DNA of 64,000 nucleotides from a bacterium (GCA_029554865.1 JAKPUX010000228.1:25883-89882), one strand, 5' to 3'; positions 19,451 through 32,014 are shown, counted from the first letter of the stretch. Made by a program: numbers and translations. Notes: generated from the sequence alone by a model not told the origin.

Positions 19451-22400
19451 ATGAAGTCATCTCCCATGCTACGCATCTTGTTCGTCCTCGCGCTGATGCT
19501 AGGGGCGGCAGGTGATCTCTCCGCGCAGATTCTGCGCCGTGAGACTGCCGATCCTCTGCAGACGGGCACTGCAAGCTGGATCAAAGTCGAATTCAGCATT
19601 GCCGGAGGCAGCAGGACCTATTTGAACGACAACTTTACCGGCACGGAATTCCGGATCGACCTCAACGTCGACGGTGATGACAATCCTAGTACCAACCTCG
19701 GAGACCTCTACACCCTGCGCGGGCCGGCTGAAATCTATACGACGCCTCCGGGAGTCCCGGGGGGCGCTAAAGATGCGGTCATCTACCTTCCCATCCGCCA
19801 GGGCTCTTCGACCCCATTTCCCTACGACACCGACCTGCGCCCCTGGATCTGGCTGGTCGAGGGCGGCGGTCTGCAGATCAGCGGCCAGAGTGTTTCCGGC
19901 CCCTGGGGGGTGATCCAGTATCCCTCGGTCTACATCGAATGCGATGACGGCATCAGCCCGACCATCCGGCATGCCTATTATTACGATGACGGCAGCGGTC
20001 ATTCCCCCGCCGTGTCCGGTTCGCATGTGGGCAACCAGACACCCTTTGACGGTTACATCGACCGCGTTGATCTGGAGTGGAGCGAGCCGATGAGCTCCTC
20101 CAACGTCACCGTCAATGACCAGATTTTCGGCGGCCTGGGCACGACGATTCACAGTATGGAATCGATCGGCAGCTGGAACATGATCGGCCCCTCCTGGAAG
20201 CGTTTCACCCTTTGGGTGCGTTCCAGCGCTCCGAACAGCGGCATCTCCCCGATCCTGACCTATACCCAGCCTCTCAGCCTCACCGACCGCTTCCGCGAGG
20301 CCTCGACCGGGCAGTATCAGGCCTATGCCGCCAGCCATGCCCGTGCCCTCACAGACAAGGCGGGTCCGGCGATCATCAGCGCCCATACCAAGCGCGCGAT
20401 GCGTCGTCAGCTCCTGGCTGCCGCTCTGGCCGACCGGCGCATCGAGGTGACCTTCAGCGAGCCGCTCGATTTCGCCAGCGTCCAGGGGGTCGATTTTACA
20501 GTCAATACCACCACGGCCAGCCCCAATCCCATCACCGCCATCATCTCGCCGACCTCCACGTCGACCTCTCCGAGTGCGGTATGGGAGTTCCAGCTCACCA
20601 CCCCCTATGCGACCGGAGATGAGGTCGGCGCCATTCAGTATGTGTTAGACCGTCAGGTCACCGACGTCGTCGCCAATTATAATGGCGAATCGTTGGCCCC
20701 GGCGCCGCCCACAGCCCCCTCCAACGGGCCGGGATTGATCATTCCGATCACCGATGGCATCTTCCCGATCATCACCCACGTGCTGACCCACGACGCCATT
20801 CTGCCGGGTGATCTGACCACCGGCGGCACCAATGGCTGGGGTTATCTCGACTATGTCGATGTACTGTTTGACCATGCCATGAACACGGCCCGTGTCAGCA
20901 CTGCCGGCTTGCAGGTGACCGGAGAGGGCATCGTCACCATCGCCGGGACCGGCACCTGGATCGCCCCCAACACCCTGCGGGTGATCCTGACGGCGACCAC
21001 CCCCAGGGTGGCCAACACCGGGCTTATCCCGCGCGTAACCTATACCAATCCGGGCGATCCCAACGGCCTCAACGAACCGGTCAATCTCGGTCTCGCCGAA
21101 GCCCTCTACAGCTCCGACATCACCCTCTCCCCGACCAACGGCCAGGTTGTGCAGATTGTGGATAATGCCGGGCCGGCCATCATCCGCGCCCTGACTGCGG
21201 GGACCAAGCGCATCCGCCTGGTCTTCAGCGAGAAGGTCAACACCTCAAGCTGGCCGATCAACCCGACGCCGGGACTGCCCTCGCCCCTGTTCAAGTGGTT
21301 CGTCGGGCCTTCCAATTACGACGTCTCCGGCATTCAGGTCTACTTCACCGGTATGACCCCCTCCCGCCGGGACAGTATTGTTTATCTGAATCATACGGGA
21401 TTGGCCTGGACCAAGAACGACAGCGGCGCCATCAATTACCGCGCGCAGGGGGTGGTTTGGGATCTGGCCTCCTCGTCGAACGGCAACCTGCAGTATGACG
21501 ATGATGTCAGTCTCAGCGGCACGACACGGCGTCTGCTGGGTTCGGATGTCAAGGTGGAACGCGACAATATCCCACCCATCCTGCTGCGACTCGAGACCGT
21601 GGATATCGATGCGGACGGCAAGCTCGATCATTACCGTTTTTCCTTCGATGATCTCTCACCGATCTATCCCAAGCGCTCATTTGTCCCGGGCAACTGGACC
21701 ATCACCGGGTATGACGGCCTCAAGAGCAACCTCGGCGTCAACCTCAATGTCTACAATCCCGGCTACGCCTACTATCAGCCGAATGCCATCAACGCCTACG
21801 GGGATACGGTCGCGGCCTATGTCGCTTTCAACGAGACCACTGCCGGCGGCCCGGCCCTCACCCCCTACGGTGGAGATACCGGGGATGTACCGGATGTCGT
21901 CGTTCTGGCCAACAACGGCTTTGCCGACTGGGCGGACAACCCGATGGCACCCTTGCCGGTGGGCATCACTCTGGAACGCGACGATGCGGGTCCGGCCATT
22001 ATGAGCGCCAAGACCATCAGCCGTTTCGACGTCGAGGCCTTCATGAGCGAGGATCTCGCCGACTGGTCGGTCTTCAGCTCCGATTTCTTCCTGAACATGG
22101 CCCCCAACGCCAACTATTTCGGCGCCTGGCCGATCAAGGAGGCCAAAGAGGTTATCCCCGGCAAGGTGCTGATCAACACCTTCTTCTACAGCAGCTCCCT
22201 GGGCTGGGATCCCAAGAGCGAGGGCATCCTGCGCTTCGACAGCCAGGGCGTCGTCGAGGATGTGGTCAATCCTGTCACCAACGGCAACATCCAGACCAAT
22301 TGGGTGACGGTGACCAGCAATGCCGCCTGCACCTTTGTGATTCAGCCGGTGGTCTCCGGCGCCCAGGTGCGCGGTGTGCCCTTCGACGTCCAGGTCATCG

Positions 22401-23977
22401 CCCGCGACAAGTACGGCAACGTCGACAGGAACTTTGCCGGTTATCTGACCTTCTCGACCAATCTGCAGCAAAACGAGATCGTCCTGCCCAGCGGTCCGAA
22501 GAAGCTGATCGATGGCATCGGCACCTTCCGTTTCACCAGCTGGGTGAACACCACCGATCTGGTCATCACCGCTTCGATCGCCACGGATGTCTATCCCCTT
22601 GATGCCGCCTCCAGCGGTCCGGTCACTGTGATCGATCCGATCATCGACCAGCCGGATTATCTGACGGTCGAGGATGTACCCGGCGATCAGGGTGGTTTTG
22701 TCACCCTCAAGTGGCCCTTCTCGGCTAACCATCAAGGCATGGGTGCCACGCCGGTGATCAATTACTACGAGATCTTTTATACCATCAAGGGCAGCGACAC
22801 CCTGCACTACTGGCCGCAGCAGATTGCCGCCTACAATCCCTCCGGCACAGGCTCCACGATGATGACGGTTGATTTCCCGGTCGTCACCAGCGACTCGATG
22901 GCCTTCTACGTCCGTGCGGTCTGGGTGCCTCCCACCGCCGCGGTTAAGGGCGGCGCCACCCTCTCGATCATGGCTGCGAAGGCGGGTGATCTTCCCCTGG
23001 TCATTCACACCCTGGGCGAGGAGAGCCCGGTCACCTCGGTGCTCGGCGCGACGGGAGCCTCTGTGGTCTCCGGTACGGCCATGGCCAAGGGGCGGGCGGT
23101 GGACAATATCGCACCGATGGCGCCTGAGCGCATGGTTGCTGCCCGGGAAGGCGCGGCCGTCAAGCTGCACTGGGGCCCGGTCACCAAAGGCGTGAACGGC
23201 ACCCTCGAACGTGCGGGCGCTATCGCCTACAAGGTCTATATGCATGAGACCAATCCCTACTTCAATCCGGATGCTGAGGGAACCCTGCTGGCGACCACGG
23301 CCGATACCAGCCTGATGGTCAACTCCGAGTCCCTGCGTCAGTACTATGTCGTCCGCGCGGTCGACGCCGACAACCATTCCGGCATCTCCCGCCGGGTGGG
23401 CAAGTACGGCTTCAGCCTGATCACGGCCGCCAAGCCGAGATACAACTACATCTCCCTGCCTCTCGAGACCGAAATCAGCGATGCCCGGGAGCTTGCCGAG
23501 GCGATCGGTGCGGGAGTCAAGGTCGTGCTCAGGATCGATCCGGTCACCAACGGCTACAGCACCTACTATCTGCCTGACCTGAACTACCCGGCCACCCCCT
23601 TTGCGCTCCACGAGGGCATGCCGGTTCTGATCCAGGCTGATGAGAGCGCGCCGGCCAGCTGGTTCTACTGCGGCGCAGTCCCTGAAGCGGGCGAGTTCCA
23701 GTTCGCTCTCAACCGGGAGCACAAGTTCAGCTACAATGAAATCATCGTGCCGCTCAACCGCTCGGACATCACCAATGCCGCCGAGCTGGCCGCTGAGATC
23801 GGCGGAGTGGAAGTGCTGCTTAAAATCGGCGCCGACGGCAGAGGTTTCACCAACTACTGGCTGCCGTCGCTCAACTTTGGCAATCCGATGACGCCGTTCA
23901 GCGTCGCACCGGGTGAACCGGTTTTGATCCAGGTCAACAAGACCGCGCCGGCTCTCTGGCCCACGTATACTCGATAA
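19451..23977 (+). CDS. large secreted multi-repeat surface protein (FN3/Ig-like domains and repeated ~200-aa modules)
   Basis: Start placed at MKSSPMLRILFVLALMLGAAGDLSAQ (signal peptide) with GGAGG 6 nt upstream; the ORF track begins at 19313. Three modules open with (D/N)AGPAI(I/M)S/RA; at least two FN3-like segments and one Ig-like segment; C-terminal tandem ~85-aa repeat. Confidence 0.7.
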   Translation: MKSSPMLRILFVLALMLGAAGDLSAQILRRETADPLQTGTASWIKVEFSIAGGSRTYLNDNFTGTEFRIDLNVDGDDNPSTNLGDLYTLRGPAEIYTTPPGVPGGAKDAVIYLPIRQGSSTPFPYDTDLRPWIWLVEGGGLQISGQSVSGPWGVIQYPSVYIECDDGISPTIRHAYYYDDGSGHSPAVSGSHVGNQTPFDGYIDRVDLEWSEPMSSSNVTVNDQIFGGLGTTIHSMESIGSWNMIGPSWKRFTLWVRSSAPNSGISPILTYTQPLSLTDRFREASTGQYQAYAASHARALTDKAGPAIISAHTKRAMRRQLLAAALADRRIEVTFSEPLDFASVQGVDFTVNTTTASPNPITAIISPTSTSTSPSAVWEFQLTTPYATGDEVGAIQYVLDRQVTDVVANYNGESLAPAPPTAPSNGPGLIIPITDGIFPIITHVLTHDAILPGDLTTGGTNGWGYLDYVDVLFDHAMNTARVSTAGLQVTGEGIVTIAGTGTWIAPNTLRVILTATTPRVANTGLIPRVTYTNPGDPNGLNEPVNLGLAEALYSSDITLSPTNGQVVQIVDNAGPAIIRALTAGTKRIRLVFSEKVNTSSWPINPTPGLPSPLFKWFVGPSNYDVSGIQVYFTGMTPSRRDSIVYLNHTGLAWTKNDSGAINYRAQGVVWDLASSSNGNLQYDDDVSLSGTTRRLLGSDVKVERDNIPPILLRLETVDIDADGKLDHYRFSFDDLSPIYPKRSFVPGNWTITGYDGLKSNLGVNLNVYNPGYAYYQPNAINAYGDTVAAYVAFNETTAGGPALTPYGGDTGDVPDVVVLANNGFADWADNPMAPLPVGITLERDDAGPAIMSAKTISRFDVEAFMSEDLADWSVFSSDFFLNMAPNANYFGAWPIKEAKEVIPGKVLINTFFYSSSLGWDPKSEGILRFDSQGVVEDVVNPVTNGNIQTNWVTVTSNAACTFVIQPVVSGAQVRGVPFDVQVIARDKYGNVDRNFAGYLTFSTNLQQNEIVLPSGPKKLIDGIGTFRFTSWVNTTDLVITASIATDVYPLDAASSGPVTVIDPIIDQPDYLTVEDVPGDQGGFVTLKWPFSANHQGMGATPVINYYEIFYTIKGSDTLHYWPQQIAAYNPSGTGSTMMTVDFPVVTSDSMAFYVRAVWVPPTAAVKGGATLSIMAAKAGDLPLVIHTLGEESPVTSVLGATGASVVSGTAMAKGRAVDNIAPMAPERMVAAREGAAVKLHWGPVTKGVNGTLERAGAIAYKVYMHETNPYFNPDAEGTLLATTADTSLMVNSESLRQYYVVRAVDADNHSGISRRVGKYGFSLITAAKPRYNYISLPLETEISDARELAEAIGAGVKVVLRIDPVTNGYSTYYLPDLNYPATPFALHEGMPVLIQADESAPASWFYCGAVPEAGEFQFALNREHKFSYNEIIVPLNRSDITNAAELAAEIGGVEVLLKIGADGRGFTNYWLPSLNFGNPMTPFSVAPGEPVLIQVNKTAPALWPTYTR

Positions 23978-23992
23978 TCAGGAGGGATGGTC

Positions 23993-24949
23993 ATGAAACG
24001 CAAATTCACCTATATTCTGTTCGGCCTGCTGCTTCTCGGCCTGTGCGGGGCGGCCCTGCCGCAGGAACCGCACATCATCGGCGGCAAGTTTCTCAATCCG
24101 GATGGTTCAGTGCCCGCCGGGGGCGAAATCCGTTTCCAGGCCTACCTGCAAAAGTCACCCGGGGACACCAGCGCAGCCAGCTGGTGTTCCACCGGCGGAG
24201 GCTGGAGCGTCGAGGTCAAGCAGACCCCGATGATCTCCTATGCCAACTGGGAGGCCGGCGACACCCTGGTAGTCGTCTTTGAAAATGTCCTGGAAACGAG
24301 CCCCTACTACGGGGCGCGCAAGGTGGTCAAGCATGCCACCACCGAGGATTCTCCGGAATTCGTGGGCAGCATCTCCCTGCCGGTTGAACTCACCACCTTC
24401 ACGGCCGCAGTAAAGAACACCTCCATCAGCGATGTGGTGATGCTGGAATGGCGGACCGTGGGGGAGAGCAACAACCTCGGCTTTGAGGTCGAACGCAGCC
24501 TGGACGGCAAAAACTTCAGCAAGCTCGGTTTTGTCGCCGGCGCCGGCTCGACCAATCTGGCCCAGGGCTATGACTACCGGGATGACCGGGTGGAGGTGGG
24601 CACCTATTTCTACCGCCTCAAACAGATCGACCGCAACGGCTCCTTCACCTATTCGGATATCCGCGAGGTGGAAGTCACGGCCCCGCAGCGCTACGAGCTG
24701 ACGCAGAATTTCCCCAATCCCTTCAATCCGCAGACCGACATCGTTTTCCGGGTCAAGGAGGAGGGCGTGGTGACTCTGAAGGTCTTCGATCTGCTCGGCA
24801 GGGAGGTGAAAACTCTGGTCAACGAGAAAAAGGGCGCCGGCGTCCATCGCATCACTTTCGACGCCCATGCCCTTCCCTCCGGGGTCTATCTCTACAGCAT
24901 CACGATGGGCAGTTTCCACGATGTGAAGAAGATGCTGCTGGTCAAATAG
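23993..24949 (+). CDS. secreted protein with C-terminal T9SS (Por) sorting domain
   Basis: Signal peptide MKRKFTYILFGLLLLGLCGAA; AGGAGG 7 nt upstream of the ATG at 23993; C-terminus NFPNPFNPQT...VTLKVFDLLGREVKTLV...SGVYLYS is the canonical T9SS type-A CTD. Confidence 0.75.
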   Translation: MKRKFTYILFGLLLLGLCGAALPQEPHIIGGKFLNPDGSVPAGGEIRFQAYLQKSPGDTSAASWCSTGGGWSVEVKQTPMISYANWEAGDTLVVVFENVLETSPYYGARKVVKHATTEDSPEFVGSISLPVELTTFTAAVKNTSISDVVMLEWRTVGESNNLGFEVERSLDGKNFSKLGFVAGAGSTNLAQGYDYRDDRVEVGTYFYRLKQIDRNGSFTYSDIREVEVTAPQRYELTQNFPNPFNPQTDIVFRVKEEGVVTLKVFDLLGREVKTLVNEKKGAGVHRITFDAHALPSGVYLYSITMGSFHDVKKMLLVK

Positions 24950-25075
24950 GCGCCGCCGCTGCAGGCGCCGTGAAATCTCCAGGTAGGCGATCAGACGGTC
25001 CCTCCCCGTCTGAATGTCCTACGCAGCCCGGCGTCACCGGATGCTTTCAGCTCCGGCGGCGCCTGAGAGAGCGGG

Positions 25076-25106
25076 ACCCTTCGGGGTCCCGCTTTTTTTT
25101 ATTATA
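25076..25106 (+). terminator. rho-independent terminator
   Basis: GCGGGACCC-ttcg-GGGTCCCGC followed by TTTTTTTTATT. Confidence 0.75.
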
Positions 25107-25142
25107 GGAACCCACTCTCCGGTTGTGCGGGCAAAAAAGCCC

Positions 25143-25171
25143 TTGCATATTTGCCGGCTTGTTGCTATATT
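25143..25171 (+). promoter_or_regulatory. sigma-70-like promoter upstream of ppiD
   Basis: TTGCAT-N17-TATATT in an AT-rich intergenic island, about 50 nt upstream of the ppiD ATG. Confidence 0.45.
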
Positions 25172-25224
25172 TATTGGTTTTACTAGAAATATACCTATAA
25201 TTTTATCAATAAGGGATTTTCGCT

Positions 25225-27027
25225 ATGGCTTTGATGAAGAGCATGCGCAACAGCATGAAGACCATTCTGCTTATTCTGGTCTTCGCATTTGTCCTGACGA
25301 TCGTTGTCGATTGGGGCATGGGCGGCTTTAAGAGCAATGCGCCTCAGGGAGTGATTGCCAAGGTCGACGGCCAGTCGATCCACTATGAAGAGTTTTCCAG
25401 CCGCCTGCAGAACGAGCTGGCAGCCTATCGGGAGCAGTCGGGCAGCGATCCCGAGGGCTATCAGCTCCAGCAGCTTGAGACGCGCGTCTTCGACAACCTG
25501 GTGCAGCAGCGCCTTCTCAACGAAGAGGTCAAGGCGGTCAAACTGAATGCCTCGGACCAGGAGATCATCGACGAGATTTTCAACAATCCCCCGCTGGAGC
25601 TGCGTCAGAACGAAGCCTTTCAGGACTCCACCGGGGCCTTTGACATGCAGCGCTATCAGGCCGCACTTAACAATCCCGGCGCGGGTGAGTTCTGGGCCTC
25701 GGTTGAGGAGTATCTGCGCACGACCCTGCCGATGCGCAAGCTCGACAATCTTCTGCGCGCCACCGCCGTGGTCAGCGACCAGGAGGTACGCGCAGAATAC
25801 ATGAAGCGCCAGCTCAAGGCCCAGGCGGAGTATATTCTGGTCCCGGCCAACGATTTTCTCGCCACGGCCGCCAACCCGACTGATGCCGAGATCAAGGCCT
25901 ATCACAAACAGCATGAGGAGGAGTTCAAGGAGGCGGAGAAGCGGATCATCGAGTATGTCCTGCTCAATTTTGTGGCGACCAAAGCCGACTCCCAGGCTGT
26001 CGATGAACAGGCTGCCGAGCTTCTCGCCGAGGCCCGCGGCGGTGCGGATTTCGCCGAACTGGCCCGTCTGAACTCCCAGGATCCGGGTTCAGCCCCCCAG
26101 GGTGGTGACCTCGGTTTCTTCGCCCGCGGCGCCATGGTCAAACCCTTTGAGGAGGCCGCTTTCTCCGGCAAGCCGGGCGATATTATCGGCCCGGTCGCCT
26201 CGCAGTTCGGCATCCATATCATCAAGGTCGGCGAGCGCAAGCAGGAAGAGGGAGAGGAAAAGGTCCAGGCCAGCCATATCCTGCTCAAGTATGAGATGTC
26301 CCCGCGCACCCGCGAGGCCCTGCAGGAGGAGGCCGCCTACATCGCCGAGGCGGCCAAGGAGCAGGATCTCAAGAGCCTCGCCACAGCCGAAAACATCAAG
26401 CTGGAGCGCACCGAACCCTTCGCTGCCGGCGGCTTCATCCCCGGCATCGGCATGGAACCCAGGCTGAGCGGCTTTGTTTTTCGCAGCAAGGAAGGGGCGG
26501 TCAGCGATGTCATCTATGCTGAACGCGGCTACATCGTCGTCCGCGTCGCCGATATCATCCCCGAACACATCAAGTCCTGGAGCGATGCCCGCGAGACCAT
26601 CACCGCCAAGCTGAAAAATGAAAAGGCGATGGAGCTGGCCAGACAAAAGTGCCAGACCCTCTACGAGCAGGCCAAATCGACCGGATCCCTCGCCGGCGCG
26701 GCCGCCCAGATCGGTGCCCAGGTTCAGCAGGCCGCCGATTTCACCTTCTCGAGCTATGTCGCCAGCCTCGGCCGCGAAGCCCGCTTTGTCGGCGCCGCCT
26801 TCGGACTCCAGCCCGGCGCCATTTCCCAGCCGGTCGAGGGGACGCGCGGCTACTATCTGATCAAACTGCTGAGCAAGAACAGCTTCAATGAGCAGGAGTT
26901 CGAGGCCCAGAAAGAGTCGCTGCGCGCACAGCTGATGCAGCGCAAGCAGCAGAGCATCTTCGGGCAGTGGTATACCGGCCTCAAGGAGAAGGCGGATATC
27001 AAGGATTTCCGCAAGGATTACCTCTAG
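25225..27027 (+). CDS. ppiD: periplasmic chaperone / peptidyl-prolyl isomerase PpiD
   Basis: 600 aa; N-terminal TM anchor, long chaperone domain and parvulin-like PPIase motif [21 protein letters not shown]. Confidence 0.8.
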   Translation: MALMKSMRNSMKTILLILVFAFVLTIVVDWGMGGFKSNAPQGVIAKVDGQSIHYEEFSSRLQNELAAYREQSGSDPEGYQLQQLETRVFDNLVQQRLLNEEVKAVKLNASDQEIIDEIFNNPPLELRQNEAFQDSTGAFDMQRYQAALNNPGAGEFWASVEEYLRTTLPMRKLDNLLRATAVVSDQEVRAEYMKRQLKAQAEYILVPANDFLATAANPTDAEIKAYHKQHEEEFKEAEKRIIEYVLLNFVATKADSQAVDEQAAELLAEARGGADFAELARLNSQDPGSAPQGGDLGFFARGAMVKPFEEAAFSGKPGDIIGPVASQFGIHIIKVGERKQEEGEEKVQASHILLKYEMSPRTREALQEEAAYIAEAAKEQDLKSLATAENIKLERTEPFAAGGFIPGIGMEPRLSGFVFRSKEGAVSDVIYAERGYIVVRVADIIPEHIKSWSDARETITAKLKNEKAMELARQKCQTLYEQAKSTGSLAGAAAQIGAQVQQAADFTFSSYVASLGREARFVGAAFGLQPGAISQPVEGTRGYYLIKLLSKNSFNEQEFEAQKESLRAQLMQRKQQSIFGQWYTGLKEKADIKDFRKDYL

Positions 27028-27352
27028 GCGCCTGAAGCCGATCGGCGTCGCCGATCGGCTCACCCGCCGTTTCAGCCTGCACAACCATCATGCGGCCCCG
27101 ATGCCCCCGGCATCGGGGTCGTCTCTTTTTACGCCGTACAAGCCTGACTCCCACCTCATTGTCTTCCCGCATGGCAGCACATTCAGCACGCGGGCAGCCG
27201 GCTGAAGACGGCGACTTTAACAGCCGGTTCCGCGCCGCCTTACTTGTGATCCGGGCCAAGATGCCTGACCGGTAAATTTATCACCGGTCGGGAACAAAAT
27301 CCCCGCAGGGGGTGTTACTGTTTTTAAATAAGACTAAAAAAGTCCTATATAG

Positions 27353-27769
27353 ATGTTCAAACTTTCGAAAAAAACCGAATACAGCATCATGGCGCTCCGC
27401 CATCTCGGGCGCAATGAATCGATGACCGCGACTGTCCGGGAAATCGCTGCGGACTGCCGCATCCCTGCACCGCTGCTGGCCAAGCTGCTGCAGCAGCTCG
27501 CCCGGAGCGGCCTGGTCCACTCCTTGCAGGGAGTCAACGGCGGTTACCGTCTCAAGAGCGCCATGGCGGGGATAAGCCTCGCTGAGGTGATCGAGGCCGT
27601 CGAGGGTCCTTTCCGGGTCACCGCCTGCGGCGGGGAAGCAAGCCGGTGCAGCCGTTCCGGTTTTTGCGACCTGCGCAGTGCAATAGCGCCCGTGCAGGGG
27701 CAGATGCTGAGTTATTTACAAAACGTGACCCTGGCCGACCTGCACGGTTCACGGGGCGAAGAGGATTGA
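27353..27769 (+). CDS. Rrf2-family transcriptional regulator (IscR/SufR-like)
   Basis: 138 aa; Rrf2 wHTH N-terminus MFKLSKKTEYSIMALRHLG and C-terminal Cys cluster (CGGEASRCSRSGFC); directly precedes sufB. Confidence 0.8.
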   Translation: MFKLSKKTEYSIMALRHLGRNESMTATVREIAADCRIPAPLLAKLLQQLARSGLVHSLQGVNGGYRLKSAMAGISLAEVIEAVEGPFRVTACGGEASRCSRSGFCDLRSAIAPVQGQMLSYLQNVTLADLHGSRGEED

Positions 27770-29215
<1,446 letters not shown>

Positions 29216-29263
29216 GCAGCCTGTGCTCTTTTATATGGAACCAATCAGAGATGGAGAAAAATA

Positions 29264-30043
29264 ATGCTTGAAATAAAGGAGCTGCGGGTGGGCGTTGACG
29301 GGCGGGAGATCCTCAAGGGGATCAACCTGAGCGTCCGTCCTGGCGAGGTGCATGCGATCATGGGGCCGAACGGTTCGGGCAAGAGTACGCTGGCGCAGGT
29401 GCTGGCCGGCCGGCATGGCTATGAAATTCTCGGGGGCGAGGTGCGTTATGCCGGGCGTGATCTGCTCGAACTCGAGCCCGAGGAGCGGGCCCGAGAAGGG
29501 GTGTTCCTCGCCTTTCAATATCCGGTGGAGATCCCCGGGGTCAACACCGCCTATTTCCTGCGCACCGCCCTCAATGAGGTGCGCGTCCATCGCGGACAGC
29601 CGCGGCTGAGCGCGGGTGAATTCCTCAAGCTGGTCCACACCAAACTGAAGCTGGTGGAAATGGATCCGGCCTTCCTCAACCGTTCGATCAACGAGGGTTT
29701 TTCGGGCGGCGAGAAAAAGCGCAACGAGATTCTGCAGATGGCCGTCCTCGAGCCGAGGTTGGCCCTGCTCGATGAGACCGATTCCGGGCTGGATATTGAC
29801 GCTCTGCGCATCGTTGCTGGCGGGGTCAATCGCCTGCGCAGTGCGGAGAACTCCTTTGTCGTGGTGACTCATTATCAGCGGCTGCTCGAATACATTGTCC
29901 CCGATTTTGTCCATGTGCTCTATGATGGCCGCATTGTCCGCTCCGGCGACAAGTCCCTGGCCCTGGAACTCGAGGCTAACGGCTATGACGAGATCAAGGG
30001 GAATGGCGGCCGGCCGGCGGTGAAAGCGGAGGGCGGGGCATGA
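29264..30043 (+). CDS. sufC: Fe-S cluster assembly ATPase SufC
   Basis: 259 aa; Walker [10 protein letters not shown], signature [12 protein letters not shown]. Confidence 0.95.
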   Translation: MLEIKELRVGVDGREILKGINLSVRPGEVHAIMGPNGSGKSTLAQVLAGRHGYEILGGEVRYAGRDLLELEPEERAREGVFLAFQYPVEIPGVNTAYFLRTALNEVRVHRGQPRLSAGEFLKLVHTKLKLVEMDPAFLNRSINEGFSGGEKKRNEILQMAVLEPRLALLDETDSGLDIDALRIVAGGVNRLRSAENSFVVVTHYQRLLEYIVPDFVHVLYDGRIVRSGDKSLALELEANGYDEIKGNGGRPAVKAEGGA

Positions 30044-31347
30044 GTGAAAGCAGTCATGGCTCCTGGATCGATCTGCATCGGGAGGCGATGCGTTCGGCTC
30101 GGCCGGCTGGGCCCGATTTCCTTGAGCCCCTGCGGGCGGCTGCCCATGCGCGCTTCCGCGAGCGTGGTTTTCCAACCCTGCGTCAGGAGCGCTGGCGTTT
30201 TACGGATGTCTCTGCTGTTGCAGAAACGGCATGGCGCCGCGCGGCCGAGGGGGAGGGCGAAACTGCCTTGCCCCTGGAGGATCTGCATGCAGACCCCGCG
30301 GCCTACCGTCTGGTCTTCGTCAACGGCCGCTTCAGCGCGAGCCGCTCCCGGCTGCCGGGGGCGGAGACCTCGTTTTCCGTGCAGAGGCTTTCCGCGCTGA
30401 ACGATGGGGTGCTCGAGCCCACCGCCCGGCGCATGGCCGAGACAGCTGGGCGGACGGAAGAGCCCTTCGCTCTCATCAACAGCGCCCTCGCCGAGGAGGG
30501 GGTGGTGATCACCATACCGGATCACATGGCTGTGCTCGTACCCCTGGAGATCCTCCATTATGTGGATGGTGACGGGATTGCCCTTCATCCGCGCGTGGTG
30601 ATGATTGTGGGCGAGCAGTCCGAGGCGCTGCTCATCGAGAGCTATGCCGGCAAGAACGGTCAGCGCTATTTCACCAATCCGGCGGCCGATGTTGTGGTCG
30701 GCCGCGGGAGCAAGCTGGATCACTATCTGCTCCAGCGCGAGAGCGCATCCGCCTACCACCTCTCCTATACCCGTGCCACACTCGGACGCGAGGCCCGCTA
30801 TCGCCGTTTTGCCCTCGATATGGGCGGGCGGCTCGTGCGCCACGACCTCGAGGTGGAACTGGATGGTGAAGGAGCTGAGGCCTCCCTCTCCGGGCTTTAT
30901 ATGCCGGCCGGGCGCCAGCACATCGATCATCACACCACCCTGCGCCATCTCCAGCCGCACACCTTCAGCCGCCAGCTTTACAAGGGTGTTTTGCAGGACA
31001 AGGCCCATTCGGTTTTCAACGGCCGGATCTATGTGGCGCGCGAGGCCCAGCGCACCGATGCCATCCAGCATAATCGCAACCTGCTGCTTTCAGACGACGC
31101 CCTGGCCGACAGCCAGCCCCAGCTGGAAATTTTTGCGGATGATGTCCGCTGCACTCATGGTGGCACGGTGGGTCAGCTTGATCAGGAGGGGCTTTTTTAT
31201 CTGCGTTCGCGCGGCATCGGTGCCGATCTGGCGCGGCAGATCATGGTCCACGCCTTCGCCGGTGAGATCACCGGCGGGATCGGCCTTGCCCCGGTGCGCG
31301 AGCTGGCTGAGGCGGTGGTGAACGAGCGGCTGGGCCGGGAGGAGTGA
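30040..31347 (+). CDS. sufD: Fe-S cluster assembly protein SufD
   Basis: 435 aa; SufB/D-family beta-helix region; start overlaps the sufC stop (ATGA). Confidence 0.85.
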   Translation: MSESSHGSWIDLHREAMRSARPAGPDFLEPLRAAAHARFRERGFPTLRQERWRFTDVSAVAETAWRRAAEGEGETALPLEDLHADPAAYRLVFVNGRFSASRSRLPGAETSFSVQRLSALNDGVLEPTARRMAETAGRTEEPFALINSALAEEGVVITIPDHMAVLVPLEILHYVDGDGIALHPRVVMIVGEQSEALLIESYAGKNGQRYFTNPAADVVVGRGSKLDHYLLQRESASAYHLSYTRATLGREARYRRFALDMGGRLVRHDLEVELDGEGAEASLSGLYMPAGRQHIDHHTTLRHLQPHTFSRQLYKGVLQDKAHSVFNGRIYVAREAQRTDAIQHNRNLLLSDDALADSQPQLEIFADDVRCTHGGTVGQLDQEGLFYLRSRGIGADLARQIMVHAFAGEITGGIGLAPVRELAEAVVNERLGREE

Positions 31348-31350
31348 AGG

Positions 31351-31674
31351 ATGGTGGAATTGAGAGACACAGATGATCTGATGGACAAGGTGGTGCTGGC
31401 CCTGCGCGAGGTCTATGATCCGGAGATTCCGGTCAACATCTATGATCTTGGCCTGATCTACGAAATTGCGGTCACTGAGCTGGGGCGGGTGGATATCACC
31501 ATGACCCTGACTTCGCCGATGTGCCCGGTGGCGGAGACCTTGCCGGGCGAGGTCCGCAATCGGCTCGAGGAGATAGCGGAGGTGCGCGAGGCTGTGGTTG
31601 CGGTCACCTGGGAGCCCCCCTGGGATGAGTCGATGATGACGGAAGAGGCGCGGCTTGAACTGGGCTTGTTTTAA
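31351..31674 (+). CDS. sufT: SUF-system DUF59/MIP18-family Fe-S assembly protein (SufT-like)
   Basis: 107 aa; DUF59 signature ...YDPEIPVNIYDLGLIYEI... with conserved Cys (TSPMCP). Confidence 0.8.
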   Translation: MVELRDTDDLMDKVVLALREVYDPEIPVNIYDLGLIYEIAVTELGRVDITMTLTSPMCPVAETLPGEVRNRLEEIAEVREAVVAVTWEPPWDESMMTEEARLELGLF

Positions 31675-31684
31675 TGAGGTGCGC

Positions 31685-32014
31685 ATGACGGAATATGTGA
31701 CACTGTTTGCGGCCGACGAGCTGGAGGAAGGGGGCATGCGGCGGGTCATGGCCGGGGGGGAACCCCTGGTCATAGTCCGTCAGGACGGGGAGTGGTTCGC
31801 TCTGGCCGACCGCTGTTCCCACGAGACCTCCAGGCTTTCGGAGGGGTATCTGGAGGGTGGAATGATCTGCTGCGCCCTGCACGGAGCGGCCTTTGATCTG
31901 CGCAGCGGCGAGGCCTTGCGTCCCCCGGCCTATGAAGGGATTGCCGTCCATGCGCTGCGCATCGAGGGGGGAATGGTTCAGGTCGCCATCGAGGAGGAGA
32001 ATGATCGAGGTTAG
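31685..32014 (+). CDS. Rieske [2Fe-2S] ferredoxin-like protein
   Basis: Start at MTEYVTLF (the ORF track begins at 31655); Rieske box 1 CSHETSRL and box 2 CCALHGAAF. Confidence 0.75.
   Translation: MTEYVTLFAADELEEGGMRRVMAGGEPLVIVRQDGEWFALADRCSHETSRLSEGYLEGGMICCALHGAAFDLRSGEALRPPAYEGIAVHALRIEGGMVQVAIEEENDRG

Noticed and set aside
21677-23722. 681-aa minus-strand ORF antisense to the large surface-protein gene
   Set aside because: Gly/Arg/Asp/Val-rich low-complexity translation with no domain signatures. It lies entirely inside a well-supported plus-strand gene, which makes it a typical high-GC antisense open frame.
27040-27075. Tandem self-complementary decamers GCCGATCGGC-gtc-GCCGATCGGC after ppiD
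   Set aside because: It could fold as a hairpin terminator but is followed by only a weak T tract. Two copies do not make a repeat family or CRISPR, so it is left as an unannotated palindrome.
27320-27352. Possible Rrf2 operator or leaderless promoter (TATATAG immediately before the Rrf2 ATG, partial palindrome AGACTAAAAAAGTCCT)
   Set aside because: The palindrome is imperfect, and the -10-like hexamer ends only 4 nt before the start codon. Both readings are plausible, but neither is supported well enough without TSS data.
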